Part shown: piece after piece, positions 25,896 to 40,015 of the stretch | Layout of the letters: each line of letters begins with the position of its first letter | Numbering within the stretch: the first letter of the stretch is position 1 | Origin: Chiloscyllium plagiosum | Taxonomy: Eukaryota | NCBI RefSeq assembly: GCF_004010195.1 | Contig: NC_057728.1 | Coordinates: 54,343,378 to 54,407,377, forward strand | Length of the DNA: 64,000 bases | Direction of reading: 5' to 3' | The notes under the pieces: generated by a model | What the model saw: only the letters and a program-made list of their open reading frames with translations | Databases searched by the model: none | Told to the model about the DNA's origin: nothing | Translations under genes and position numbers: made by a program

Positions 25896-26442
25896 CCTTT
25901 TTTAGTCCAACTAGTCAATGCTGACTATTTTCCCTAACTCAAATTGTCCTACTTGCCTGTGTTTGGCCCATATCCCTCCAAACCTTTCCAATTCTGTACT
26001 TATTAAATTATTTCAAATGTTGTAACTATACCTGGATCCACCACTTCCTCTGGCAGTTCATTCCACATACCAACCAACTCTGTGTGAAAAAGTTGTTCCT
26101 TATGTTCTTTTTAAATCTTTCTCCTCTCATCTCAAAATTATGTCCCTTTATGTTGGGAAAAGGCAAGGGGTTCTCTATACACAGCGAGAATTTTCATCTT
26201 TTTATTGAAAATGGTGTTATTTTGAATAGGAGCGGATAATTTGCACCCAGTATTTTGGTCCAATATTTATCACTCAATGACAGTAAAAAATAGATTACTC
26301 ATTCACGTTTTGTATAATGTTGTGTGTGGGATCATGCTACACAGCAATTGAATGTTGAATTTCTACATGACAACAATCCAAAAGAACTTAATTGACTAAA
26401 TAATATGCTTATTGGAATGTCAAGAGGTTGTGAAAGATGTCA

Positions 26443-27039
26443 TGTAAATATGTTTTGGACCAGGCCAGACCCCCTCTCAAAATATTTTCAGAAGGTAACT
26501 CAGACCCTAACTTTTTCTTATTTTAAAGGCAGATGTGAAGTGGATATTCCAGGTGTGATGCAGCTGGTCAAACTATTCAGCTTTAAGTAAAACAGAATTT
26601 ATTTAAACACTGCAGTTGAAACACAAACAAAAGAAAACAGAATTTAGATCAGCAATTATTGGAAACTGAACTGATATCAACTTAACTAAGGAGCTGTTCC
26701 AATTTCTGTAACATTCCAGAAACACACCTCTTGGCAAAAGGTAAATACAAACACAGGTTCTTACAGGCAGGAGAAATTTCAAGCAGAGAAGCCAGAAAAG
26801 AAACATCTGCTGAAGCACAGAAACTTTTTGCACTGTGGCAGTTTCTACTGTAGCTACCATCAACTTCTCTGCTACAACTAAACCAAACATGAAAAAAAAC
26901 TGAACTTGGAGAACTGGCCGCTTCCCTGCTATTGTTAAAGTAGACATTTCCAGACATTTTAGCACCTCTGCCTTTATGACCTCTTTTGAAAAAAAATGCA
27001 AGGACAAAATAATATTGTTAAAGTGACAGCATCGTCACA
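26443..27039 (-). mobile_element. Putative solo LTR
   Basis: TG...CA ends; AATAAA on the - strand (tttatt at about 26598); a second partial copy at about 35545-35840; interrupts the tail of a SINE. Confidence 0.5.
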
Positions 27040-28094
27040 AATGCAAAAGAAAGAACTGCAGAACTCAGAAATTGTTAGGAAAATTCAGCAGGTCTGGCAG
27101 CATCTGTGGAAAGAAAGCAGAGTTAATGTACTCTCTTGTGTTCTTAACGCCTGAAAGGAAAAGAAAATGTTTGTTGTTACAATGTTGAGTGCATTGGAGG
27201 ATCAAGTGGAACTTGGGGGAAATGCAGGTCTGAGCCAGCATAAGGCACTGATGATGGAGAAAGGTCCAGAGTGTGCAAATTGCAATGTATGCCACTGCAT
27301 GTGGATTTCAGGATGCAGGAGAACAACTGTCTGAGGAGCGATCTGTTGTTGATACCAGGCATCTTGAGACCTGTTAGAGCTGAATAATTATTGGCCAGTG
27401 AACCAGTGAAATACAACCAAGTTGTCAGGTAATTTAAGTTTTCAGCTCTCAGCCAGAAGAGTGGAACATTAATGACTGGCTTTCCTAAGAAGCACATTAA
27501 AATGTGACAGACTCAAACCTTTTATATAACACAAAGTACAAAGTCTGGTACCACTTCCTGTCTGCTTATCCATTACAAATTCCTAAGTCTGCTTTTAAAA
27601 TGAAAACTACTGATGTAAACTTAGAATCATAGTATCCCTACAGTGCAGAGAAAGGCCATTCACTCCATCAAGTCTGCACTGATCCTTCAAAGTGCATCCA
27701 CCCAGACCCAGCTCCCCACCCCATTCCTGTAACCCCCCCCCACTTCCCATGGCTAATATACCTACCCTACACATCCCAGGACACTTCAGGGAAACTTTTA
27801 TCGCATGGTCAATCCATTTAACCCTGTCCTGCTTCATTTACAATTTGAAATGCCCATTAAAGATACAGAGCTATTTTAAAAATTAATTTAAATATAAAAC
27901 TAAGAGAATATGTTTTCAAAGTAGGGAGTGAATAATATCTGAGTAGCCTAAACTATTCGGCAACTGCACTTTCAGTCAGCCTTAGCTGAAGACTAAAGGG
28001 TAAATTTCTTTATGACTTTTCCTGCCTGTGGCATTACTCTGATGAAAGTTTGGTGCAAATCCCATTTAATTATGGTATAGTAAAGGGAGTCTAC

Positions 28095-28760
28095 CATAGT
28101 CATAGAGCATGGTCCAACCAGTCCATGCCATGCCATGTTCCCAAATTAAACTAGTCCCATTTGCCTCTGCTTGGTGCAAATCCCTCCAAATGTTTCTTAT
28201 TCATGCACTTATCAAAATGTCTTTTACAAGTTGTAACTGTACCCGATCCACCAGTTCCTCTGGAAGTTCATTACACCTACGAGCCATACCCTGTGTAAAA
28301 AGGTTGCCCCTCGAGTCTTTTTAAAACATTTCTCCTCTCACCCTAAAATATGCCCCCTAGTCTTGAAATCCCCAACCCTAGGGAAAAGACACCTACCATT
28401 CAATGTATCTATGCCCCTCATGATTTTATAAATCTCTATAAGATCACTCCTCAACATTCTACCCTCCAGTGATAAAGTCTCAGCCTTTTAACTCTCCTTA
28501 TAATTCAAACCCTCCATTCCTGGCAACATCCTGGTAAATCTTTTCTGAACCCTCTCCCAGTTTAATAATAACCTTCTGCAACATCCAATCAGAACTGCAC
28601 ACAGTACTCCAGAAGAGACCCCACTAACAACCTGTACAACCTCAACATGGCTTCCCAACTCATGCACACAAAGGTCTGAGGATTGAACACAAGTGTGATA
28701 ATTGCCATCTTAACCACCCTGTGTACATGTGATACAAACTTCAAAGAATTATGTTAGTGA
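28095..28760 (-). mobile_element. CR1 LINE 3' fragment
   Basis: Reverse complement similar to the CR1 3' regions at 5200-5980 and 23250-23830. A similar fragment lies at 25930-26150. Confidence 0.75.
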
Positions 28761-31700
28761 GTCCCTAGGTTGTTTAGCTTAGTTGGCTGGAAGGCTGGTT
28801 CTCAATCTATGAATGACTCCAACAGCATGGGTTCAATTCCCACACTGGTTAACGTTACTATGAAGGATTGACCTTCTCAATCTGGGGCGACCCTCTGGTT
28901 AAACCACCACCAGCCATCTCTCTCTTACAAGTGAGCAACCCACAGTGTGATAGCACTACTTTAGGGGCTCAGTTGGCTGATTTGCAATGCAAATTATTCA
29001 TGCAACTAGCCTTTTCAACACTATCTGTCGCATTGTATTGATCCATCTTTAACGCAGTAACACATCCTAATGTGCCTTTGTAGAAGCTTTAACCAATAAA
29101 ATTTGACAATGAGCCACACAAGAAGATATTAGGAGAGGTGACCAAAAGCTTAGTTAGGAAATAGGGTTTAAGGAGAGAGGGAACTAGAAGGGAAAGGTTT
29201 AGGGGAAATGTTCCAGCACCTAGGATCTACAATAGAAGGTGTCACTATCAATGGCAGACTGAAGCAAATCAAGAATGTGTGAGAAGCCAGAAATGGAGGA
29301 ACACAAAGACATATGAACGACCAGAGTAGACTCAAAGATGGGGAGGAGCAAGGCAACAGAGATATCGGAAAACATGAAAATGGTCTTGAATCAATTCACT
29401 GCCCGGAATCAGTATCATTCAGCAACTCTAGGAGTAATGTTGAACAGGATTTGGTGCAATGTAGGAAATGACCTGGCTCCTTAGGCCAAATGACCAGTTC
29501 CTCTTACATTCATTTTTCAATGAAGCATTAAGGTGTTTTTAAGTATGAACAATAAAAAGGATTCATTGGGTATATTGCAGACTGCTTTTCCATCTTGAAT
29601 TGTTCTTAGTAACTTGCTGTGTCCATCACATTTTGTTCCTCATTATATTTTGCTTATCCCCATTTCATTTCTGACAGGACTTTGCTTTTCGATGTGTCCA
29701 TATTATATTCATGGTTTCAAGCATAGTGCTAGGAAATGGGGCAACACATTTTATTCAATAGCTACGAGACATTTAGATTATTCAGTGGACTCGACTATTA
29801 CAATGTTTTGTTTCATTCATTCAGACAATGTGGGTTTTGCTAGCTGACTGGGCCAGCATTAATTACCCATCCCTAGTTGTCCTTGAGAATGTGGGGGTGA
29901 GCCGCCATCTTGAACCGTTGCTGTGCATTTGGTGTAGGTAGACCCACAATGCTGATTGGGAGGGAATTCCAAGATTTTGTCTCAGTGACACTGAAGGGAT
30001 GGCGTTATTAGATTAGATTACTTACAGCGTGTATTGCATCAACAGAAAGTAGAATCAATCTAACTCTAATGACTGTCCTATCAGAGTCAACCCGACCATC
30101 ATCAGAGCCATGAGAGGAGTCACGAACTATGCCAACAAGCCACCCTTGCTCATACCAACACAGTTTGGATCCTGTTAGCATTCATCATGGCTTTGAAGCA
30201 GACAAAGCTGACTACCAGAGGAGAGGTGAGAGTATCTGGCTGCAACATCGACGCAATGTGTATAGCAACAAAGAGCTGTGACAAAACTTGAGATCATGGG
30301 ATTGAGCCTCCAATGGCTGGTAGAATGGAGATTCGTTGGGAAGATCAGTAAATATCAACCCAGCACATACAATGCATGGGGCATCCTCAGCACAACCCTT
30401 TGCAGCCGTGTCCCCTATAGCCTGCCTTCTATCAGAATGTTAGAATGGAGGCTGCTCACTGATCATTTCACAGATTTAACACCATTCACAACTCCTGCCA
30501 TAATGATGTGGCAGTATTCCACTAGCTTCCAGGATGGGTGTGAGATGCAGGTTACATTCGTAATGAGTAATGGCCACCTCAAACAAGGGAAAGCCCATTA
30601 TCTTCTCCCTAACCTTCAAGCTGATATACGCTAAAGTTTGGTTCCACAGTAACTTAGTACCTGACCTCAGGATGAGGCAGCATCTGCAAATAACAGTGAG
30701 GAATATGTTGGGGAAATTATTGGGAAGGCAAAAAGGGAAGAGAATGAATTCATTTACATTTTTCTAACAGGCACATCTTCTGCACACTATTGGAGTAAGC
30801 TAGGAATGGAATACTTTGGTTGGGAACAATTTCACAAAGTACCACCTGGTTTATATCAGAAAGATAATCTGGAAGACATAAAGAATAGAACTGATGTGGG
30901 TGTGATAGTTGAGATTGGACTACGCCACTAGAGATTCTCATCAAACTTGTCTCCTCCATAGCACAGTGCATATTAATAAAAATAATTATTCCCTCCCAGA
31001 TGAAGAGAGACTTTGTACAACATATTTCCCTGTGATTATGAAGGGTTATTTGAATTAACTTAAATAGGCAAAGATAAACTCTAGCTTCTTTTCTTCATTA
31101 TCTCATGGGATGTGGGCATCATAGCCAAAGCCAGTATGTTTTGTTCATAAACTGAATGGTTTGCTTTGCCATTTCAGAGGGCAATGAAGAGTCAGGCACA
31201 TTGCTCTGGAGTCACATGTAGGCCAGACATGGTACTGATGGCAGATTTATTCCCTGAAAGTGGATAAAATGCCCTTTTACAACAATCAATTATGGTTTTG
31301 TGGTCACCATTACTGAATCTAACTTTTATTTCAGATCCATTGATTGAATGGGGCTGTACCCTATTTTCCCAGAGCATTAACTTAAGCCCTGGATTACCCC
31401 TAGTGATATTACCACCACGTTACCACTCCTTACCTCTGTCCCTCAACTCAAATATGTGAAGCATCTGAGCCCAGCTCAACAAGAGGAGTAGAGATCTTAA
31501 TGATGTATCTAGTAGCTTCCATGAGTTACAGCCTATCCCAAGCTTGTGGATTGTTGTGTAGGTGGCTGGATTTTGGGTAGTCCCTTCATCAATGACGGAT
31601 AAAGGAAGATTGAGCTGGGAATCAGTTTCCAGATTCTTGCCAAGCAACATCTCGAGATAGTATAGAACAGAAATAGACACAGATAGTCCTCCCAGTGATT

Positions 31701-31859
31701 GACTACCCAGTCAGAATACTCCAACGGGATTCTAGCACTCCACCTGGTCTAATCTTCGCTCCTGTTGAAGAATTTGCTTAAAAGAACGACATTTTACCAA
31801 ACTGCATGGAAATTTATCTGAAAAAAATGTCAGCACTTAGATTTGAACAGGAAACATTT

Positions 31860-32160
31860 GAAAGTGGGACAGAGTGGGAAGTGGGTGAGAGAGAGAGAGA
31901 CAAGGAGGGAAAGGGTTTTGAGGGGGTGACAGGGAAGAGAGACAAACTTGGAAAGGAAACAGAGAGGGAAGGGGAAGATGGTGGAGAGTGGAAGTGGCAG
32001 ATATAGAAGGGGAGAGTAAGTGAGGAAGACAGAATAGGAAAGAAGTGATTGAGAGTGGATGGAGTAGGGAAAGCGTAGGAAAAACTGAATAGGAAAGAGG
32101 AGCAAGTTTGAAAGTGGAAAAGAGAGCAAAATGAGAGAGGTGGAGTAGGGAAATAAGAGA
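31860..32160. repeat. GA-rich low-complexity tract
   Basis: Purine-rich + strand. A similar tract at 40600-40910 contains an N gap. Confidence 0.7.
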
Positions 32161-32399
32161 CTGTATATGTGTATACAGGTGAGTGTCCTTGTGCATGGGT
32201 GTGTAAAAGACCGATATCCCTCATCATGTGGAGTAGGTTAGGGTTAAATGATGAGATAATCAGTCAGTCTCAGAGAACTGAGACATATCCTTTCCCACCA
32301 TTTCAATTGGATTCTGAGCTTCAATCAGACAAATGGAAACTATTGAAAATTAATGGAAGTCTATATTCAGTGTTAATTGAAATCTAATTTATCTCTTAG

Positions 32400-32695
32400 G
32401 AAGGTGATGGCCTAGCGGTATTATTGTTGGACTATTAATCTAGGGACTCAGGTTCAAATCCTGCAACAGAGAAGGTGAAATTTGAATTCCATTTTAAAAA
32501 ACTGGGAATGCCCACCTGATTCACTGATATCCTTTAAGAAAGGAAATCTGCCAAGCTTACGTAGTCTGGCCGACATGTGACCACAGACCCACAGAAATGT
32601 GGATGTCTCTTGAACAGCCCTCTGGGCAATTAGGGATGGGCAAGAAATGCTGGTCTAGCCAATGGCACCCTCATCCATAAATGAATAAAAAAAAA
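32400..32695 (+). mobile_element. tRNA-derived SINE with L2-like 3' tail
   Basis: A/B-box-like head; tail shared with the L2-like fragment at 57520-58135. Confidence 0.7.
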
Positions 32696-35031
32696 GGCAA
32701 AATAACTTTATTGCAATTGAGCCCCAGTTTCAGTGAGCCTGAGATTTACACTCGACAGATTGGAGAGGCTTTGATTGATCGTCTTTTGGACAGAAAAGAC
32801 TCAGGACAATTAGGGATCAACAGCAATTGCATTCCATGAAACACATATGCATAGAATTATACCCTCCTGCACACATACGGATCGACATACTGTGCCTCAA
32901 TACACAGATACTTACACACAAACTAGCAGGCACATGCACAAACATACACTTGAACAATCTGTATACATGTACACACACATACACATTCATTCACATTCTC
33001 ATACAACCTCATGCATTCACTTAATCATACACAGACTCACAATCCATATGCTCATGCTTGCTATATCACACAGTTTCTTGGCTCTCCTCTCTGTCCAGTG
33101 CAGAAAACAGTCAGCAGAGTTGGCTTGGAATGCTATGAAATGGTAGCTGGGTATATGTCAACAACCAAACCAAGAGGCTGAGACATTAATTCTCGTCAGG
33201 ATGAAAGAAAAGTTGCAACATTGCTTCGCTGAAAGGTTTATGGAAAGTCCTATGAAATCTTACTGAGGCCGCACAAATATCTAAAATACTGAGGAAAATT
33301 AAAGTGAATTGCAGAAGGCTGTGGCATATCTTTTGGTTTATCCCTAAAGAAGTGAATGAACCTTCAAGATACTTGTACTGTGTATGAAAACTCTGCAAGG
33401 GTGAGGGTGGAGTAAAACCTGGAACTAGGGTCACAGCACAAGTAGTTATAAACTGTGGTGTTTTGTGAATGTTGCTTGCTTTGCTTAATGGTTTTTACAT
33501 GGCTGAAAACAGATTGTGCTAAAGTTTTTTTCTTGCATTCAGTAAAACAAAGTGCAAGTTAAATAGTTTCAGCCACATGTCCTCTGTTAACAATATTCAA
33601 GACCTGTACTGTACTGTACCTTCAACTGAAACTTTGTTTTTGTATAAAGATGTGATTTGTTTTAGGGTAGAGTTCTGTGCATTAATCACGGGGAGTTTGG
33701 AATTCTCTTTCAATTGTAACAGTCCCCAAAAAGATTTTAACACGCATCAAATTAATTTAGAATTTTGATCACCTCAATTAGATCACCTTGCAATCTTCTC
33801 TCCCCCACAGGAATAGAAATGAAGGGTAGGCAAGCTTTTAAACTCATCATCTTTTAGGTGAGGCTGCATCGCATCCTCTCCAAATCCCATAGGGAGAAGC
33901 TGTTCCTGTTCATAAAAGGAACAAGAACAAGAGGGCGCAGCTTGAAGATAATGTACAAAGGAAACAAAGGCGAAGTGAGGAAAACCATTTTCACTCCGTG
34001 AGTATTTAGGGTTTGGAATGCACTACCTGGAAGTGTGGTAGAGATATGTTGAATTGAAGCATTCAACAGGGTATTAGTAAATTATTTGGATGGAAATAAT
34101 GTGGAGGAAAATTCAGAAGAAGAGTCACCTGACCCGAAATGTTAGTTTTCCCTTCCCGTCACAGACTCTGCCAGACCTGCTGAGTTTCTCAAGCAGTTTC
34201 TGTTACTTGTTTCAGTTCTGTCGCTTCCTTAGGCAGAGCCCCTTTATCGCTATGTCAGCCCTGACTGAAAGCTTCAAATAAGCCAGGAAGGAACTCAAAC
34301 CCTCAGCTTGTGCCCCACTAACCCACTAACTCAATTTGCCATTTTCATGCCACTGTTTAGGTAAAACGGCCAATGCTGATCCAGCTGAGAGATAAAAGGT
34401 TGAATCCAGTCAAGACAGCAACGCAATCCTGGTTTTCCAACTTATACTAGCTACAGTCCAACATCACCTCCAAATAAAACATTTATCATCCTTATTTTAA
34501 TTATTCTTCCATGATCCCACCTCAGTAACTTCCTGCAACCCAGTGAGCTTTCTGACCCCCATTCTCCTCTAATTTTTTTGCCCGGAACATTGACTCTACT
34601 GCCTGACCTGCTGCCTGACCTGCTGTGCTTTTCCAGCACCAAATTCTCTACTCTCCCCTAATTCAGGCCTCTTACACAACCCTAACTCTCACCATTGCCC
34701 CCATAGTTGTCCGTACCTGAAACTGGAAAGGCAGTAGGCTCTGAAATTCCCTCCCTAATCCTCTCTATCTCTCTCTCCTCCTGTTAAGAGACTCTAATCT
34801 TTGGCCAAATACTTTGGCATCTGCCCTAAAGTCTATGTGACACAGTGTCAAACTTTGTTCCATAACATTTCTGCAAAGTGCTTTAAAATATTTGACTAAA
34901 TTGAAGGTGCTAGAGAAATGCACGTTTTGCTGTTATTGGTGGGCATTTAGGCCTGGAAACCAGAAATACATTTGGAGCTGGGCAATGTTAATTGGAAATG
35001 AGACATTAGGGGATTAAATCTAAATATTGGT

Positions 35032-35360
35032 GGGCAGCATAGTGGCACAGTGGGCAGCTTGGTGGCACAGTGGTTAGCACTGCTGCCTCACAGCACCAGA
35101 GACCGGGGTTCAATTCCCACCTCAGGCAACTGTTTGTGTGGAGTTTGCACTTTCTCCCTGTGTCTGCGTGGGTTTCCTCCGGGTGCTCTGTTTTCCTCCC
35201 ACACTCCAAAAATGTGCAGGTTAGGTGAATTGGCCATGTTAAATTGCCCGTAGTGTTAGGTGTAGGGGAATGGGTCTGGGTGGGTTGCTCTTCGGAGGGT
35301 TGGTGTGGACCTGTTGGGCCGAAGGGCCTGCTTCCACACTGTAAGTAATCTAATCTAATC
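35032..35360 (+). mobile_element. HE1/V-SINE-like SINE with duplicated head
   Basis: Same family as 7784; the gggcagc..gtggcacagt head is repeated in tandem; (aatct)n tail. Confidence 0.85.
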
Positions 35361-36054
35361 ATATTGCCACAATCTACCAGATTGGGAAACTAAATCTATT
35401 GAAAGGCCACAGCAAGGTATGGATGTATCTCAGAAACTACAATCGATTTAGAAGAACAATCGGAGCTAGAATAGGCCATTCAGCCACCACCCACAGTGTT
35501 GCCCCATTCAATAGGATCACGGTTGAACATTACATTAACTGCATTTTCCTGGACCAGGCCAGAATCCACCCTCCGCCCCACCCACCTCCCCACCCCCCCA
35601 CCACACCCCCCAAGCCAAAAATATTTTAAAAGAGTAGCCTAGACCCTCACTTTTTCTTATTTTAAAGGCAGATATGAACTGGTTGTTCCAGGTGTGGTGC
35701 AACTGGTCAAACCACTTGGCTTTAAGCAAAACATAATTTATTTAAACACTATTGTTGAAACACGAGCAAAAGAAAGCAGAATAACCTAACTATTGGAAAA
35801 CTTAACCAACCCAATATGGCAACTTAACTGATGAACTGTTCCAGGGTCAAAAGTGTGACGCTGGATACACACAGCAGGTCAGGCAGCATCCAAAGAGCAG
35901 GAGATTTGAGTCACTGATTATAAGAGTTAGGAGGTTATGCCAGAATTCTGTATGACACTAGTTAGGCCACAGCTAGAATATTACATTATATCTCTGATTC
36001 CCCACATTACAGGAAGGACAAACAAAAAATTAGAAGGACACTGCTAATGTGTCA

Positions 36055-36470
36055 GCAGTAGCTGAGTTGATGGCATTCCTATTCCTAACTCTAAATCACA
36101 AAGTTCCGGGTTCAAATTCCATTCCAGGACTTGAGCACAAAAATCAAAGCTGACCATCCATTATCTACTGAGGGAATGTTGCACTGTGTTGCCTTATGGA
36201 TGAGACATTAAACCCAGCCCCCATCTATGGGTGGATGTAAAATATTCCCAAGCATAATTTGGAAAAAAAGAACAAGGGTGTAGGTGCCTTGGAGAATATT
36301 TAGCTGGTCAACATCATTTTGCTGTTTCTGGGAGCTTGCAATGTACAAATTAGCTGTTGCATTCCCTACGTTACAATAATGACAACACTTCAAAAAACAT
36401 TTTGTAAAGCACTTTGAGATATCCTGTGATCGTGAAATGACTGTATAAGTACAAGCATTTATATTTTCTT
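36055..36470 (+). mobile_element. Deu-domain SINE (SacSINE1/AmnSINE1-like)
   Basis: tRNA-like head (gggttcaaattcc), then gagggaatgttgcactgt...ggatgagacattaaacc.agcccc resembling the Deu core, and a tail aagcactttgagatatcctg...gtgaaa. Other copies at about 6625-6730, 9340-9610(-), 19815-19935, 58890-59210 and 63570-63850. Confidence 0.6.
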
Positions 36471-36581
36471 CATAAGAAAAAAATATTGGATACACTACCT
36501 TTGGAAAAGAGGATGCTAAAAGGAGATTGACGTGAGATATACAATTAAAAACTGTGTAAAAGACTGGATTTTTTAATATTC

Positions 36582-36712
36582 ATTCCTGATGAAGGGCTTT
36601 TGCCCGAAATGTCGATTTTCCTGCTCCTCAGATGCTGCCTGACCTGCTGTGCTTTTCCAGCAACACTCTAATCTAACCTCTGGTTTCCAGCATCTGCAGT
36701 CCTCACTTTTGC
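36582..36712 (+). mobile_element. PLE family A copy with hammerhead motif 36586-36613
   Basis: attcCTGATGAaGGGCttttGCCCGAAAtgtcgatt followed by the family A 3' end (ccagcatctgcagtcctcacttt). Confidence 0.8.
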
Positions 36713-36789
36713 CAACTTGGGAGTTAAGCCCTCTCAGTATTGTCATCCATCTAAACTCTATGCAGTTTCCACCCACTTTACACAGCTCC

Positions 36790-36920
36790 TCCTCTGAAGA
36801 AGAGTCGTACTGGACTCGAAACATTTAACTCCGTTTCTCTCTCCACCAGAGCTGCTGAGTTTCTCCAACATTTTCTCTTTTCAGTTCACATTTCCGGCAT
36901 CCACCGTATTTTGCTTTTAC
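36790..36920 (+). mobile_element. PLE-derived family C copy with hammerhead-like motif
   Basis: CTGAAGA-a-GAGTC(gtactg)GACTC-GAAAcattt. Related degenerate copies at about 10225-10425 (fold-back), 20210-20310, 27060-27130(-), 34110-34215 and 42165-42240(-). Confidence 0.65.
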
Positions 36921-37127
36921 TTTAGAAAAATACGTTCTGCCACATCCAAGAGGGGAACTGGTTGCTGTGATTTGGAATGACAGCCATCATTGACTGATTA
37001 GTTGTTACTGAGGATGGTCTGTCCCAAATCGGCTGCTTTGGATCTTGACCATCCTGATTGATGATGTAATCGGCAGCAAAGACCATAATATGTAGAAGCC
37101 GAAGTAGACCATTTGGCCCATTGAGTC

Positions 37128-37219
37128 AAGATTAGAGTGGTACTGGAAAAGCATAGCAGGTCAGGCAGCATCCGAGGAGCAGGAAAATCGACATTTCGGA
37201 CAAAAGCCCTTCATCAGGA
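37128..37219 (-). mobile_element. PLE family A copy
   Basis: Reverse-strand family A sequence; 17-bp duplication ATTTGGCCCATYGAGTC at 37111-37127 and 37220-37236. Confidence 0.75.
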
Positions 37220-37514
37220 ATTTGGCCCATCGAGTCCACTCCACCATTCAATGAGATCGTGGTTGATCTAATAATCTTCAACTCCAGCTTCCTGCCTTTT
37301 CCCCATAACCCCAGATTCCCTTACTGATCAGAAAGGACCAGAAGATGTCGGAACAGAAATGGCCATTTAGCCCATCCAATCCACTCTACCATTCAATGAG
37401 ATCATGGCAGATCTGATACTCCTCAACTCTACTTTCCAGGGGGCTCTTGTGACCCGGAGGGAGTGTCCTTACCTCTGAGTCAGAAGGCCCTGGGTCAAGT
37501 CACACCTGGCCCTG

Positions 37515-38680
37515 AGGGAACTATAGACCAGTGAGCCTGACCTCAGTGGTGGGCAAGTTGTTGGAGGGAAGCCTGAGGGGCAGGATGTACATGTATTTGG
37601 AAAGGCAAGGACTGATTAGGGATAGTCAACATGGCTTTGTGCATGGGAAATCATGTCTCACAAACTTGATTGAATTTTTTGAAGAAGTAACAAAGAAGAT
37701 TGATGAGGGCAGAGCAGTAGATGTGATCTATATGGACTTCAGTAAGGCATTCAACAAGNNNNNNNNNNNNNNNNNNNNNNNNNNNNNNNNNNNNNNNNNN
37801 NNNNNNNNNNNNNNNNNNNNNNNNNNNNNNNNNNNNNNNNNNNNNNNNNNNNNNNNNNNNNNNNNNNNNNNNNNNNNNNNNNNNNNNNNNNNNNNNNNNN
37901 NNNNNNNNNNNNNNNNNNNNNNNNNNNNNNNNNNNNNNNNNNNNNNNNNNNNNNNNNNNNNNNNNNNNNNNNNNNNNNNNNNNNNNNNNNNNNNNNNNNN
38001 NNNNNNNNNNNNNNNNNNNNNNNNNNNNNNNNNNNNNNNNNNNNNNNNNNNNNNNNNNNNNNNNNNNNNNNNNNNNNNNNNNNNNNNNNNNNNNNNNNNN
38101 NNNNNNNNNNNNNNNNNNNNNNNNNNNNNNNNNNNNNNNNNNNNNNNNNNNNNNNNNNNNNNNNNNNNNNNNNNNNNNNNNNNNNNNNNNNNNNNNNNNN
38201 NNNNNNNNNNNNNNNNNNNNNNNNNNNNNNNNNNNNNNNNNNNNNNNNNNNNNNNNNNNNNNNNNNNNNNNNNNNNNNNNNNNNNNNNNNNNNNNNNNNN
38301 NNNNNNNNNNNNNNNNNNNNNNNNNNNNNNNNNNNNNNNNNNNNNNNNNNNNNNNNNNNNNNNNNNNNNNNNNNNNNNNNNNNNNNNNNNNNNNNNNNNN
38401 NNNNNNNNNNNNNNNNNNNNNNNNNNNNNNNNNNNNNAGGGGCAACTTTTTCACACAGAGGGTGGTATGTGTATGGATTGAGCTGCCAGAGGATGTGGTG
38501 GAGGCTGGTACAATTGCAACATTTAAGAGACATTTGGATGGGTATATGAATAGGAAGGGTTTGGAGGGATATGGGCCGGGTGCTGGCAGGTGGGACTAGA
38601 TTGGGTTGGGATACCTGGTCAGCATGGATGGGTTGGACCGAAGGGTCTATTTCCATGCTGTACATCTCTATAACTCTCTG
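37515..38680 (+). mobile_element. 5'-truncated CR1 LINE with N gap
   Basis: SLTSVVGKLLE...SQHGFVHGKSCLTNLIEFF...YMDFSKAFNK; 3' end nearly identical to 23590-23830. Confidence 0.9.
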
Positions 38681-39084
38681 AACAAGCTGATTCTGGAAAA
38701 AATAAATTTAAAAACCTCCACCTTCCTGACTTTTCCCTGTAATCCTCAATTCCCTTACTGATGAAAAATCTGTCTGTCTCAGCTTTGAATATGCTTAATG
38801 ACCCAGTCACTGTGATAAAAGAGTCCCATTGATTCACCGCTCTCTGAGAGCTTGGTCCTTCTGTTTGGAGTGCTGCAACCACTCTCCTGGATTCTGCTCC
38901 ATGCCACATGTTTGGGAATTACGGTCCCCAGATTTTGTCAGCCATCCCTACTGGTGGGGGGAAGGGAGGGTCGCGACCCAAGGTTTGGTAGGCCATGGGA
39001 CAAATATTGGCCCGGGACATCAGAGAGAACTTTGAAAAAATGTGACAGGGTTTCTTTGACATTTAGCTGAGAGGGCCTCTAGGA

Positions 39085-40015
39085 CCCAATGTACAAAGAT
39101 CAGTGCAATTGTGGATAATATAGAATGTTGTCAAAGGATACAAGGGGATATAGATCAGTTGTGAATATGGGCAGAGAAATGGTAGATAGAATTTAATCCG
39201 GGTAAATATGAGGTGCTGCACTTTGGGAAATCAAATGTTAAGGAAAAGTATACAGTTAATGGCAGGACCCTGAACTGCATTGACGTACAGAGGAATCTTG
39301 GGGTTCAAATAAATAAATCAAATCAAATCAGCTCAAAGTCCATAGCTCCCTGAAAGTGACCATGCCATCAAATAAGCTGGTAAAAAAAGGCATATGGCAT
39401 GCTTGCCTTAATTAGTCAGGGAACTGAGTACAAGGATCAGGATGTTATGTTGTAGCTTTATAAGACTTTGGTTAGGTCACACTTAGAGAATTGCATTCAG
39501 TGCTGGTTGCCACATTACAGGAAGGATGTGGAGGCTTTGGGGAGGGTGCAGAAGTGGTTTACCAGGATGCTGCCTGATTTAGACGGTATGAGCTATAAGG
39601 AGAGGCTAGAAAAACTCAGATTGTTTTCTCTGGAGCAACAGAGACTGAGGGGAGACTTGATAGAAATCTATAAAATAGTGAGATGCATACATTGGGTTGA
39701 CAAGTCAGAATCTTTTCCCGGAGTTGATATGTTTAATATGAGGGGGCGTGTGTTTAAGGTGAGAGGTTAAAAGATCAAAGGAGATGTGAGGGGCAAGTGT
39801 TAGGAGTGGTAGGAGTCTGGAATACGCTACCAGGGGTGGTGGTGGAGGCAGATACAACTGGGGTATTTAAGAGACTTTTAGATAATCCATGAATATGCAA
39901 GGAATGGCAGGATATGGACTGAGGGCGGACAGAAGGGATTAGTTTAATTTGGCGTCATGTTCGGCACAACACGGCCAAAGGGCCCGTTCCTGTGCTGTAC
40001 TATTTTATGTTCTAC
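39085..40015 (+). mobile_element. 5'-truncated CR1 LINE
   Basis: Colinear with 4925-5980; ORF2 C-terminus LVRSHLENCIQCWLPHYRKDVEAL. Confidence 0.85.

Noticed and set aside
31806..33146. ORFs in GA-rich and CA-rich tracts
   Set aside because: Low-complexity translations with no coding signature.
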